Assembly (NCBI RefSeq): GCF_009914755.1
Contig: NC_060944.1
Length of the DNA: 64,000 nt
DNA from: the human T2T-CHM13v2.0 reference genome, Homo sapiens
Direction: 5' to 3' (one strand)
Shown in pieces: positions 16,574 through 31,652 of this stretch. Numbering within the stretch: the stretch's first letter is position 1; every line of letters starts with the position of its first letter. Below the pieces are notes generated by a model. The model was not told where the DNA came from, ran no database searches, and saw only the letters and a list, made by a program, of their open reading frames with translations. The position numbers were made by a program, and so were the translations under genes.

Positions 16574-18373
16574 AAAAAGATAGGACATAGTCTTGGGCTT
16601 TACTTCTGGGTGAGTGAAAGAGGAGAAGGAAGAAGAATAGAAGCCTCCTGGCTTCTTGGTCGCCTGAGGGTGACCAGGTTAGATGATACTGGGATGAGGG
16701 CATGGTCTCCAGGGAAGGTCACAGACTGGGCCCTGTACACATGGAGTACACAGTGTCTGTCCACAGATGGCCAGCAGAGCTGCTGTAGGAATTTGGAGCT
16801 CAGAGGTGTGAGCTGGGCTGGAAAGAGAAATGTCACATCTGCGACAAGGAAGGAGGGAAAACCCAGAGCTCATGACAGTTGGTCAAGGAATATCTCCAGT
16901 ATTGAAAATATTTGTTCAATGAAGTATTCACGGAGCACCTCCATGTGCCAGGTACAGCGTGTGGCAATGAAACAGACAGAACTCTCTACCCTTCGGGGCT
17001 GACACTTTAGTGAGAGGAGCAGGCAATGATCAGGATAAATTATGCAATTACGTGGCCTGTTGTATAATGATATGGGCTGAGAAAAACAGGAAAGCAGGCA
17101 GGGACAGGCTCAGGGAATGTGCTGTGGAGGGCTGGGGAGTGTAGCAGACACACAGGTCACACTTGCTGAATTCATTTGAGCCTCACAACCACCATATGAA
17201 GAAGGCTCTATAACTACCCCCATCTTAGAGATGAGCAGCTGAGTTGCAGAGAAGATATTTGCCCAAGGTCATGCAGCCACGTAACTGGCAGAGCCTGGAT
17301 TTTTACTTGGAGTTCATACTTTTGAGTCCTCCTGCTAGGGTAAAACTCCCTCTCAATGACAAGATCAGGTCTCAGCAAAGATTCTGAAAGAAGTGAGGGG
17401 GTAAGGTTCACAGACATCTGAACACAATCAACATTCCAGGCAGAGCAAGAGCACGTGCAAAGGCCCTGAGCTAGGCACGTGCCTGGTATATTTGAGGAAC
17501 AGCCCAAAGGCCAGCATAGCTAGGGCAAAAGGAGCAGGTGGGGGAGGGAACCAGAGGTGGTGCAGGGCTGCCTGTGGCGTCTGCAGGGCTGTTAGCTTTT
17601 ACTTGAGGTGCAGTGAGGCCATGGGGAGTGTGGAGCTGAATACAAGGAGTCATAGCAGCTTTATACTCCTTGAGCATTTCCTCTGGCTTCTGTGCTGGGA
17701 GCAAGGTCAGAAGCAGGACACCAGAGAGGGCATGAATAATCCAGGCACGAGGTGACAGTGGCTCGGTCCACAGCGGTGGCAGCAGGGTGGGGAAAGGAGG
17801 ACCGGTGGCACTGCTGATGGCTTGCGTGTGAGAGGGGAGGGTGGGAGAGACCTCAAGTTTGGCTTGGGCCTGAGTGGCTGGAAGGGCAGGATTCCATTGA
17901 CTGAGATGGGGGCAGCTGTGGAAGGAGCCACTTCATAAAGAACTTTCCATGTCCATTTCCCTCTGAATCCCTGGCTACCCTGAGGTAGGTATTGAAACTT
18001 GAGCAGTTCCATGATTTGCCTGGGATTGCTTGGCTGGAAGGTAATAGAGCCAGGGCCAGAAGCCGTATGTGCATCCTAGGGTTTGGAATTTTGTCTCATT
18101 TATTCAATCAACAAACATTTCTGGAGCACCTCCTGTGTGCCAGGCTGATGGAGGAGGCTGTGTCAGCCAATGATCGTGGCAATGGTTACCTCACATCAGC
18201 ATGAGCAGTGGTGAGGAGAAGCCGAGGGAGCTCTAGGAGCCAGTAACGGGCAGGAGGGAAGGGTGCTGCAGGGCCAGGGAGGGCTTCCTGGAGGAGGAGA
18301 ATATGACATACAAGGACCACAAAGGACCACAGGTTCCCAGAGGATAACTGCCTATTGGGAAGTTGCAGAATCT

Positions 18374-19021
18374 TTTTGTTTTGTTTTGTTTTGTTTTGTT
18401 TAAGTGTTAATAATTGAGATATAGAAGCTGAGCATGGTGGTACACACCTGTAGTCCCAGCTATTCAGGAGGCCAAAGTGGGAGGACCCTTTAAGGCCAGG
18501 AGTTCAAGAGCAGCCTGGGCAACATAATGAGATCCCCATCTCTACAAAAGTTAAAAAACTAACTTGGTGTGGTGGCTGATGCCTGTAGTCCCAACTACTT
18601 TTGAGGCTGAGGCAGGAGGATCCCTTGAACCCAAGAATTTGAGGCCAGGCCTGGGCAACATAGCAAGACTCCATCTCTAAAGAAAAGAAAAAGAATTGAG
18701 ATATAATTCACATACCATACAACTCACCCATTAAAGTGTATAGTTAATGGCTTTTAGTATATTTACAGGGTTGTGTATCTGTTACCACAATCCATTTTTG
18801 AGCATTTTCATTACCTCCAAAAAGAAACCCCACACCCCTTAGCTGTCACCATCTCTCAGTCCCTGTCCCCACACTGGGAAGCCTGAGGCAGCCCAGATAT
18901 ACTTTCCGTCTGTACAGTGGCACCTGTTCTGGATATTTCATTGAAATGGAGTCATGCCATGTGCTGTCTTCTGTGTCTGGCCTCTTCCACTTAGCATCAC
19001 ATTTCAAAGTTCATCCATGTT
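18374..19021 (-). mobile_element. 5'-truncated L1MB-like insertion with retained TSD; contains an Alu at 18426-18693
   Basis: (TTTTG)n tail, ttgagatataattcacataccatac...; flanked by GGAAG(T/C)TGCAGAATCTT at ~18358-18373 and ~19022-19038. Confidence 0.85.
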
Positions 19022-19109
19022 GGAAGCTGCAGAATCTTCAACAGCATCACAGATGGCCCGGACCCAAGAGACTGTATAATGGTGCTTCCCGACCATTATA
19101 AAGAAGTGG

Positions 19110-19423
<314 letters not shown>

Positions 19424-20402
19424 TCAAGGAGGAGACTTGCCGTTCTGTCAGCAAGGAAGAGGTGGGGAATTTGAGGAGGCCTCGGGCCCCTAGGCCAGGG
19501 CCCTGCGGCACCCTGCCGTGCTGGGCACAGGCCACCTCCCTTGGTTGCCACTTCTTTTCCTTCAGCTTTGGGCTCTGGGTGAATTTGGCTAAAAGTGACA
19601 ACTCGGTCAGGAACGCATCTTCTCAAACACCGGTCTTTCCCGCCCTGGCAATTTTCACACCTTATGGTGAATCTTGAAATCTTTTATGCATCTTCGAGAA
19701 TTTGTGTCTACTGACTCAGAATGTTTTGGGGTTTGTATTTTCTTTTTCTGCTCCTTAACACTTTTATTCAGGTGGCTATGCCTGTTTTTCTTGGTTTGGT
19801 GATGTTGTCCCTGGGGGAGGCTGCATCGTCCTGGAGTCAGGTGCCTGGGTTGGAGGCCCTGCCCTGCCTCTTCCTGGGTGTGTGGTTGTCGAAGCTCTCC
19901 GTGCCTTGGATGCTTCCTTTGGAAAATAGAGATGACATTGTAAGGCTGTGGCAGGAAGGAAATGAGGTAAAGCCTGTTACAGGTTTGGCACTGAGTAGAT
20001 TCTGGAGGTTTGGTTCTTGATCAGATGCTAAGGAGAGATGGTGAGGCCTTTCAGGGCCCTGAGATAGCAAGGGGAGAAAGGTGAGTCTCCCCGACCAGCG
20101 ACTGTCCCTTTCTCCTTATTCCTCCCATCCCAGAGCCCCCTAGACCTGGACCTCTCCTCTCAGGGCTCAGACGTGGAAAGCCTGAGTTCAAATCCCGACC
20201 TACCACTCGGGTTCTGTGTCCCCACACCAGCTAGGCTTCTTCTGTGTCTCAGTTTCTTGACCTGTAAAATTGGAGGGGAGAGGGTGGAGGGTGAGGGGAG
20301 GGTGTTCCACTGAGGCCTCCAGGGCAGCCAAAAGGCTTCTGGGAGGGGTGTGGAATAGAGGGGCCTTTTTCTTCTCCCTAGAGGACTGGTTCCTGCTGAT
20401 TC

Positions 20403-20657
20403 GTGGGTTTTTTGTTTTTGGTTTTGGTTTTTTTGAGATGGAGTCTTGCTCTGTCGCCCAGGCTGGAGTGCAGTGACACCATCTCGGCTCACTGCAACCT
20501 CTGCCTCCTGGGTTCAAGCAGCTAATTTTGTATTTTTAGTAGAGACGGGGTTTTACCATGTTGGCCAGGCTGGTCTCAAACTCCTGACCTGAAGTGATCC
20601 ACCCACCTCAGCCTCCCAAAGTTCTGGGATTACAGGCGTGAGCCACCGCACCCAGCC
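20403..20657 (-). mobile_element. AluS with internal deletion and 15-bp TSD
   Basis: ttcaagcagctaatttt junction; TGGTTCCTGCTGATT at 20387-20401 and 20658-20672. Confidence 0.95.
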
Positions 20658-23594
20658 TGGTTCCTGCTGATTTAAAGATCCAGGCAGGAGCAGTGACACC
20701 TGTTCAGGGGAAGTGGGTGGAGAGGGACACCTGGCTTCCCTCCGCTCTCACACGAGAGTGCCACATGGAGGTGGTGATGCAGTGAAGGGCCTCTTAGAAG
20801 GGCCTTTATTGGGCTTATTTCACCTGCACTGTCTTCTCAGTCCTCACAGTAGCCTTCAGAGAAGGCACTCTTGTTCCCATTTGGCTGGTGGGGAAACTGA
20901 GGCTCAGAAAGGGGAAGCTGCCTCCCTGGTGTCACCCCGCATGTGAGAGGCTGAGCTGGGATTTGAACTCAGGACTGCATGACTCCTACCCCTTTCCCAA
21001 CTTCTCCCATCCGGGGAAAAGGAGGAAGAAGCAAGACAGGGAAGGATTTGAGACTTTGGAACCCAGCTTCCCGACTGCTGTGGGGATTCTGTGGGTGGTG
21101 GGAAAGGCACTGTAAATATGCATGACATGCAAATTTGCCTCTAAAAAAACAATGTGGGTGCTCACATGAGCCGGGATGCCAGGGTGCTCTGGAAAATGTA
21201 GTGTTGTGCAAACACTTGGGTTTCTATGACCACTGCTCCATGTCGTCTCCTTCCCTCGTGTCCCCAGGGCCAGTCTAAGGGTCTCAGGTGGAGGGCTTAC
21301 CTCCAGCACCTCCTAATCACCATTCCTCCCCATTCCTGCAGGCACCCGTGCCTCCCCTCTGCCAGGAACCTTGGGGCCTTGTGTGTGACCAGGACCTGGT
21401 GGCCCCCGGGCGGTGGCAGAGCCCCTGTCCCAAGCTGCTTCCTGCCGGCACCTCTGATCAAGTGCCTAGAGGGATGTGTGTGCCAGCCCTCGGTCCAGTG
21501 CCCGCTCCTGAGCTGACTCCTGCTGGGCCCCGACAGCTTGCCGTGTTTCCTGTGCCTGTAGCTCCCTGGTTGGTAAGTAACTGCGTCCGCAGGCTTTGTC
21601 TCCTCACCAGCCCCCCATGCTTGGCACAGTTGGGAAATGCCCAGCCTCACTTCCACTGGCACCCACATGCTGGCAGAGGGACCTCAGTCAGAGTTTGTAT
21701 ATGTCTGGGCACCATTTATAGTTCAATGGCCTGTCTTAGCCAGTCCTCCCAACAACCAGGAGGTGCGTGTGGTGATCACGCCCATTTTCCAGAGGAGTCA
21801 GCCTCAGAGAGGGGAAGCCACCTGCTTGGGGTGCACAGCAAGCCCAGCTCTGTCCACCTCAAAGGCCAGCTCTTGCCACACCCAAGCAGGCGGGGACAGG
21901 TTGTGCACATAGGCTCAGGACAGGAAGGGAGCCATGAGCTGTGCTGGAGGCCATAGAACCTCTGGGGCCCCCAGGGCGGCTTGAGGGGAGGCCATCAGAA
22001 TTCTTGAATCTTGGGGGGCCCTACATTCCTGCCCCTCTGGCCTGTTCTCCCCATGCTCCTCCAGCTCCCACTTTGCCATCAGGATGAGGTGCTGGGCCTG
22101 CCCCGTCTCCAACCGTCTGTCTGGGGGTGCAACCACAGTGCCACCACTTCACCATGCTGCTTGCATCTTTTCTTCACCTTCCGCCTCCCAAGGCTCTGCT
22201 GGCATAACAATCTAGTTCACAGATGAGGAAACAGAGGCTCAACCAGGTCAAGAGGCCTACGTGCAGGCTCACCCAGCCACCACGAAGCACTACATGGGGC
22301 CACTGGGGTAAAATCTGCCTCCTTCTCTGGCCTTAGCTCTGCAAGGACAAAGAACAACCACTTCATTCCCTTCTGGCCAACTAGCAGCTGGCCCCGTGCC
22401 TGGCATACAGTGGGTACCCAGTAAATAGCTGTGGAAGGAAGGAAAGGGGGAGAGAAGAAGGGAAACCTCTCTTACCTCCCTCCACCCAGACACCAGCAGG
22501 ACCTGAGCGCCTCCTGGCCTTTTGGCCAGTGCCAGTCCCTGCTGCCCCAGATGGCTTGCGGTGAGCCCATGCCCTCAGCAAGGTGGCCAGCCCCTCTGGT
22601 CCCAATTCTCTCATCTGCTAGAGCCTGCCCAGCTTCCCTGATGGGATGGTTATGAGAAGGGAAAAGATTCGTAAATATGTATAATATGCAAATGTAATGG
22701 GATCTTTTGTTTCTTTAACCCTTGAAGTTCACTGTAGATAACGTATGTAGAAGTGCTTCTGTGAGAACAAGGAGCTGCCCGCTGGGGTGGCGCCAGCCTT
22801 ATTATGACTAACCATGAAAAGGGCCCCATTAATTAGCTGCCCCACAACCTGGCTCTCCCGACCCAGCTCCTAGTCTGTTGTTGCGGCTGCAAATAGCCGT
22901 TGCTTTTGGCTGAGAAGCTGGTGCAGGACAGGTGATAAGGATGGCTTGGTCTGAGAGCTGTGTCTGTGGGATTTAATCATTTGCAAACACACCTTATTGT
23001 GCTCAAGGAATGCAAGGGCCTCTCCAGGGACTAAATGTGTAATGAGGGCCAGCTGAATAACAGCAAGCATTTCTTGAGCAATTACTATGTGTTTGGCATC
23101 GCACTAAATGCTTTGCATTTTTCGTTATTTCAATTAAATTCCCCCATAACCCTGTGGAAGGTGAAGGGGGAGACTGAGGCAGGGACTTAGGGGTAAGGGC
23201 TCATCTGTTAACAGCCAGCATTTCCTGAAAATTACTGCCATCCAGTGCCCACCTCCACCCTCCGGGCCAGGCTCTGAGAACGCAGCAGAGCAGACAGCCC
23301 CTGGCGTGTGTGGCCCAGTGACGGAGAACGGGATTCCTTGGCACGAGCTGGGTGAGCAGCCGTCAGCATCGCGTGGAAAGATGGAGGCCCGGGCGGCAGC
23401 GAGGGAGGTGTTACTGCTGCTATTTTGCTAACAAGCTGGTTATTTAAAGAACAGCCGAAGCCGGAGCTAGAAAATGGGATGAGGTGTCTCCAGGGCAGAG
23501 GCAGCCAGGAGTGCTGGGTCCTGAGACCCAGAGACCTGGTTGAATCACAGCAGAGTGGCCACACAGTCATTTATTTTTTTTAATCAACTTATTA

Positions 23595-23963
<369 letters not shown>

Positions 23964-24109
23964 TCAGGGGGTTTCTGAGGGGCCAGCAGTGACCTGGGTG
24001 GTGGTTACATGACTATTTCCTTTTGATATTTTACTGCAGTAAACATTTTTGTTTTGTGCACTTTACTCTTTCTATTACATATCACAGTAAAACGGCTAAA
24101 AAACAATTG

Positions 24110-24310
24110 TAAAAATAATAGCTAATGTTTATTGAGCACTTACTAACAGGCTGTTTGCTAAGCATTTTTTATCTCCTTGAATCCTCCTGGATTCTTTTAT
24201 TCTGCCCATTTTACAGAGGAGGAAAGTGAGGCTTGGAGAGGTAAAACTACTTGTCATGCTGCCAAAGAGTGGAGGAGGTGAGATGAGAAACCAGACAGAC
24301 TGACTTAAGC
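24110..24310 (-). mobile_element. MIR SINE
   Basis: aataatagctaatgtttattgagcacttact ... cccattttacagaggaggaaagtgaggct. Confidence 0.8.
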
Positions 24311-24514
24311 CTCATGTGCAAGGATCGGGGTCCAGGAAGTTCCCCGCAAAGGGCCAGGGACTCCTCCATTTTTTCCTCAGACATGTCTGTGCCTCTTCTA
24401 TTTTTAAGGCTTGGGAGGCCAGGCAGGTGTGTGCAGTCATAGGCAGCAGATGAGGAGCCTGGGGGTCTCCAAGGGGACAGAGCAGAGCATTTAGCTGTTT
24501 AACAAGTATCAAAG

Positions 24515-24865
<351 letters not shown>

Positions 24866-24877
24866 TTAAAGTAATAA

Positions 24878-25130
24878 AAGAGGTGGGAGAATGGCTTGAG
24901 GCCAAGAGTTCAAGACCAGCCTGGGCATCATAGCAAGACCCCCTTCTCCAAAAAAATTAAAAAAAAATTAGCCAGGCATGGTGATATGTGCCGGTAGTCC
25001 CAGCTACTCAGGAGGCTGAGGTGGGAGGATCACTTGAGCCCAAAAGTTTGAGGCTGCAATGAAGTATGATCATGCCACTGTACCTTAACCTGGGCAACAG
25101 AGCAAGACCTTGTCTCTAAATAAATAAATA
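24878..25130 (+). mobile_element. 5'-truncated AluJ
   Basis: gaggccaagagttcaagaccagcctgggc ... (TAAA)n tail. Confidence 0.9.
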
Positions 25131-25859
25131 ACATTAAAAAATTTTTAAAGGTAAAAAACGCCATCCAGGTGAGACAGGGTCAGACCCACCTGTGAACTCA
25201 CTGGATGGGGGGCCAAACTGCAATTTTCTGAGGACCTATTTTGTGCTAAGCACATTTGTTCCCTTCTTTAATCTTCAGAACAACCTTGTGGGATTAGCAG
25301 TATTGGCCCCATTTTACAAATGAGAGGACTGAGACCTAAGTCCACACAGACAGTGGGTAGTGGAGCTGCTCTGCCAGACTCCAGTGCCTTGTATCCTGTG
25401 CGTGCAGAAAGCCTTGCTTGGTGCTGGGGTCCCTGGCAGGGCAGGCATCTGGGCATAGATGCTCCAAGCAGCACATGGCTGGAAGTGAGTTCCAAGGCAG
25501 CTCTGTGGGGCCCTGAACTGACACTAGGGACATGTCATGGAGCGGGGTAGTCTGCTATGCTGACGGAGCATCTCTTCATTCATGCGTTCCAAGGACATCT
25601 CTTGAGTCTAGTCCCTGCTAGTCCACACCCTTCCTGGAGCACACAGGCTTGGGGAGGGACAGATATTATACAGTCACCCAAAGACATACACAGAATGAGG
25701 AGAGACTCCATTGGTGCAGTGAGGGAAATTAACGTGGTGACATCATGAAGATGAACCGGTAGGAGACCTGTGTGACATGGCACTGTCCAAGATGGCCCTC
25801 TCTAAGGAGATGGCACTTGAGCTGAGACCCGAAAGGATGACGTGCATCCAGCCGTGCTG

Positions 25860-27460
25860 GACAGTGCTCATGTAACATCGTTGCTGTTAGCAGGACAACT
25901 GGGGACAACCCATTTGTCCATCACCACGGGACCAGTTAAAGCCATTTTACTGCAGCCACACCGTGGCGCCTGCTACAGCTGTTAGAAACGGGGCCATGGA
26001 GCTAAATTTATTATTGCATAAAGAACTTCATAGTGTGTCGTAGAGGTTTTTGTTTTTTTTTTTAAAAAGAGGTTATAAAACAGCATGGGTAGCATTATAT
26101 CATTTCTGTAAGAATTATATGTGTTTCTGGAAACTGCACAGTGCTCTTCCTGGGAAGTGGGGGCATGGGTGATCTTTGCTTCTTCTTTCTACTTTTCTGG
26201 ATTTGGAGTCTTTCCTGAGTTTTAGGACTTGTGGGGAGGAACAGAGGATTTTAGGGTTCCCACCATCTTGCCTAGGGTACTTCTTCTCTCCTGCTACCCA
26301 CCTCAATGGGATAAGGCATGGGCTGGGGAATCAGCAGATCTGGGTCATCCCTTTGACTGTGTGACCTTGGGCAAGTCACTGGCCTTCTCTGAGGCTGAGT
26401 TTCCTCTTCTGCAAAACAGATAAGAATAGCGTCCGAGGGTAGGTGTGGGCTTAAGTGAGTAGAAACATGTGGAGGGCTAGGGCAGTACCAGGCTTGCATC
26501 CCTGACGGTGCTGCTGCTGTTATGACTGTGACTGCTAAAGGTGGCACCTACCGTGTGTCGGCTTGTCCTGCCAGGGCTCCCCAGGCTTACCTCTCCCTCC
26601 GTCACTGGGAGTCAGACCCAGGTAGGAGACAAGGCCCAGGGTGGGCTTTGTCACATTGTCAGCTTGGCTGGGCACAAGGCCAGCTGGACCTCAGGTCAGC
26701 ACCAACCCACACCCCGCCTCTCTCCCCACCACCTCCCTCCCCATCACCTCCCTCACATCTGCCAGTGAGCATCCTTGCTAGATAAGCTGTGATGGGGACA
26801 CCCTGGCCCAGGATTTGCTTTTTTTTTTTTTTTCACAACTAGTATACCTGCCCAGGAAAACAGATACTACTTTACAGCCACTAAGAGAATCTTAAATCTC
26901 AGGCAGAACAACGTACACTCGTGAAGTCAAACTCTCCGAATCATGGAATCTTAGTCATAAATAATCCGGCAACTGCAAACATATGCATTTTGCAAGTAAG
27001 TTCACTGCACCTTTCTTGATTACAGTGATAAATTAGAAACGACCCAATTCTCTGTTTGTGAGAGTTGGTTAAATAACTTACATCCGGCCAGGCAATGCCA
27101 TTTTCCGCAGCTATAGAAACAGTGCTGTAAATCTCTATTTGTTGACATGGAAACTTGTCCATGGCGCATTGTTGGGGAAAAACAGGAGGTTAAAAATTGA
27201 TGTATGTTGTGTGACATCCGGATTTGGAATCTTTCCTGAGTGTTAGGATTTGCAGGGAGGAACAGGATATCTACTTAGGTATCTACTGATTTTTTTTTCA
27301 CTTTTGTTATGAAAAATATATATAAACATATGCGTGCTCCTGCCTAGGGAGATGCTCAGAAGAGTAGTCATTAAACTGTTGATAGTGGCTTCCTCTGGAT
27401 GGTGAGATATAGGTGAGCTCTATTTTGATTTTTGTTTCTATCATTCAGAGTTTTTTCAAG
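25860..27460 (+). mobile_element. Two degraded L1ME-like 3' fragments (~25860-26215 and ~27040-27460) with a MIR (~26320-26510) between them
   Basis: aacccatttgtccatcac...gttaaa; ggttaaataacttac...ttgacatggaa...aaactgttgatagtggcttcctctgg. Confidence 0.55.
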
Positions 27461-27960
27461 TAAGGTGATGGAAAACCCACCCCAAACTAGTTTAAACAAA
27501 AAATAGATTCGATTGACTTGTAACTGTAAAGTTCAGAGGTCTGATGGCTTCAGGCTCAGCTGGATCCAGGACCTCAGGGCCACCAGGACTTGATTTCTGT
27601 TTCTCAACTCTGGGTTGTTTCCATGTTCTCATTAAGCTCTCATGTACAGGTAATAAGATTTCTGTCCAAAGAAATAAGCAAGAATTCTTCCCTGATTGCT
27701 CAAACACAAGTCCCAGAACTAAGTCTTGGCCTTGATTTGTCAAATTTGTGGGATGTGCCCACCCCTCAATCAATTGCTGTTGCTAAGGAGAATTTGGTGC
27801 TCTGATTGGCAGCCTGGGCCTGTGTACCATCCACCACCAGCTGGGGGTGGGGTCAATACCACTGGAACCTCAAGAGTGGAGAGTGGGGAAAAGTGGCTTC
27901 CCCAGAAGTAGATGTAGGCTATGACCTAAAGTAGACCAAATGGTAGCCAAACCCAGCAAC
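27460..27960 (-). mobile_element. ERVL solo LTR (LTR33/LTR16-class)
   Basis: aaactagtttaaacaaaaaa...gtaactgtaaagttcagagg...ggcttcaggctcagctggatccagg; ctctgattggc. Confidence 0.6.
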
Positions 27961-28047
27961 CCCCACCTCCTGTAATTATCTGAATTGCCCAAGATGCATG
28001 GTTTTCAAAATCAGAAAAAAAACAATGCAACTATTGAAAGGAGTCCT

Positions 28048-28355
<308 letters not shown>

Positions 28356-28969
28356 AAATAAAGGAGTCTTGAACCCAGATCTTACGGTCAGAAGCTCACT
28401 GAGGCAGCCTTCGACTTTCCTGGAGTCAGAACATTGGAATTTCTGAAGTACCGATTTCACTAGGGAGACATCAACCCTCTCTGTCCTGCCAGGGAGCTGT
28501 CCTGGCCCTCCAAATGACTGCAGTCTTTGGAGGAGAGGGGAGCACATGGATGATTTGTCTGGAATGTGAGAGGTGCTAAGGTGGATGTGCATATAGGGGC
28601 TGTGGGAATGAAAAGGCCAGCCTGGGGACAAGGAAGAGGCTTCTTGGAGGAGGTGATGCCTAAACTGAGTAGCCAACCAGAGTGCTGGAAGAATGTTGTA
28701 GGCAGGAAAAACAATGTGTCAAAGTCCCAGAGCATGTGGTGGGGGTGCAACTATAGGATGAGAGGAGGCAGGCCCGGACCACAGGGGCCTTGAATGCCAG
28801 GGTAAGAACTTGGACTTGATCCTGAAGGCAGTGGGGAGCCTTTGGGGGATATTGTGGGATGAAGGAAGTGTCAGTGAGCTCACTCTGCCTTGTGCTGGAA
28901 GCATAGCCTGGAGGAGTTAGATCAAGGCCCCACATGGGGAACGAGAAAAAGGACCCAATGCCCCTCAAG

Positions 28970-29115
28970 GGAGCCTTAGATATCTAATGGTCTAAATTCC
29001 TTCCCACCCTGAGTCAGAATTCCTGTCCTGAGATGCCCAGCCACTGCTTGCATACCTCCAGAGATGGGGAGCTCACTCTCCATTTTCTGCACTGCTAGTT
29101 AGAAAGCTTTTTCAC
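28970..29115 (-). mobile_element. L3/CR1 3' remnant
   Basis: ctgcttgcatacctccagagatggggagctcactc...gttagaaag. Confidence 0.55.
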
Positions 29116-30219
29116 AGGACCAAGTCCACAATCCCGGCACTGCAGGCTGTCCCCCAAATGACCTGCTGGGAGGGCAGGCAGAAGCCTGCATTTCCAGGTC
29201 AGGGGGGTCCAAGATGAGGAAGCCCTGGATGTCTGCAAACCCTGCTGGGAGTTTGAATGGAGGGCAGAGAGAGTCCCATTACCTTGACAGTAGAGGAAGT
29301 GTTTAGGCCTTTAGACATACATCTGCTGCTTCAGCCAATTTTACAAATGCCCCTTGCATTTTACACAGAAGGAAACTGAGGCTCAGAGAGGCCAAGCCGC
29401 CTATGTGACAACGCAGAGCAAGTTGGAGGCAGGGCTGGGACATGGACCCAGCCTCTCCCCCGCCTGTCCCTTCTGTGGCCCTGCTCCTTGTCTCCTGCCA
29501 CCCTGCAGGTGGGAGCTGGTCACTTCATCTGCTTGGGTTTGGGCAGCTTTTTTCTGGAAACTCCAGTCATTGCCAGATCATCCCCTGATTCTCTTCTAAA
29601 TCCTCAAATGTTTTGTGACTGTTTTGAGAGCAGCATTTTTTGTTTCTGATATAGCAAAGTTATGACTTGCACGAGCTGTGTTTTATGGGTCATCTCCAAT
29701 ACTTTATCATGCCCCATGGCCTTCATTTAGTCATTCATCCCCACACTCCACAGACATTTATCAGTGCCTACCATGTGCCAGGTGCTGCACTAGACCTGGA
29801 GCTACAAGGACGAATCAGAGCTGCCCCTGCCCAGGGGAAATTCTCAATTCAGCCCAGGAGAGAAGCATCTCCATCAGCGATGACAGGTGAGGCATGAGAT
29901 ATGAGAGGTAAGTGCTGATCACTCAGGGATCTCTGGAGCCAAAGCAGTTGATTCTGTTCCTCCAAGCAGTGTTGAAGGATGAATAGGGATTCTCCAGGGA
30001 GAAGCAACTGGGAGGGGCTCTCTGAAGATCTCACCTGCCTCCTGTTGAGCTTTTAGGCAGGAGGGAGTGAGGGATGGTGGGGAGACACAGGGCTAGAGAG
30101 GTCGACCAAGGCTGGAGCTTAAAAGGCCTCAACTGTTGGGCTGGGGAGTTTGAACTTGACCCTTAAGGTAAAAGGGAGCCAACGGCAGGTTAGGTCTGGG
30201 TGTTGGAAAGATCCTGGCT

Positions 30220-30912
<693 letters not shown>

Positions 30913-31399
30913 TCAAGGGGAGAGAGAGAGTTAGGAGGGTGATGTGGGCTTGGGGGCCCTGTGGACCAATGTTGAGGTGAATGCTGGCAAAGCTTGGGTC
31001 AGTGTCCCCAGGTGGAGCCCGCAGGGACCTCGTCAGCTTCGTGAGACTTAGAGCAGCAGCCTGATGAGGCCTCCAGGGTCCCGCGTCTCTTCCCCTTGTG
31101 GAGCCTCAGTTTTCTCCTATGTAAAGCAGAGGTGATGATAGTGCTGCCCCAGGTGTTGTGGGGAAGGTGGGAGGAGAGCGTGTCAAGGGCAGGTTCTCCA
31201 CGGTGCCTGGCACATAGGAAGTGCTTGGTGACGGGAAGTAATTCTGGTTACCACGGTCCAGGGGCAGAGGTGGGTGAGAGAGCTGGCTGGCACTGGAGCT
31301 CCAGATCGCCACCTGGGCAACTGTGTAAGGACCTGGAGTGTGTTGCCTGGAGAAGGGAAACCAGAGAGGGGCTTGGCTTCCTGCCTTTCCATCTCTGTT

Positions 31400-31652
31400 G
31401 GAGGAGGCAGGGTCTGGGTCTGGCACTCACAGGAAAAGCTCCAGGGAAGGAGATCCCAGCTTAGGCTAGGAAAACCTTTTGGATACAAAGAATTCTCTGC
31501 AGATGGGCTAGCTTGGGTGATAGGTAGCGATCTCCTCATCACTGAGAGTATTCAAGCAGCAGCTGCACCATAGCTTGGCAGAGAGTCTGTAGAGGATTTG
31601 TGATTCAGCTGATGATCTGGAAGGTCCTTTCCAGCCCAGAGAGTGTGTGATT
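31400..31652 (+). mobile_element. L3/CR1 3' remnant
   Basis: ctcctcatcactgagagtattcaagcag ... gaaggtcctttccagcccagagagtgtgtgatt. Confidence 0.55.

Noticed and set aside
21540-21580. Possible microexon (cctgtag|ctccctggttg|gtaagt)
   Set aside because: Good donor and plausible acceptor, but the 11-nt length is not frame-preserving and there is no partner exon or transcript evidence.
21288-21956. 222-aa ORF in GC-rich DNA
   Set aside because: No recognisable protein family, non-ATG start, runs into a MIR; chance ORF.
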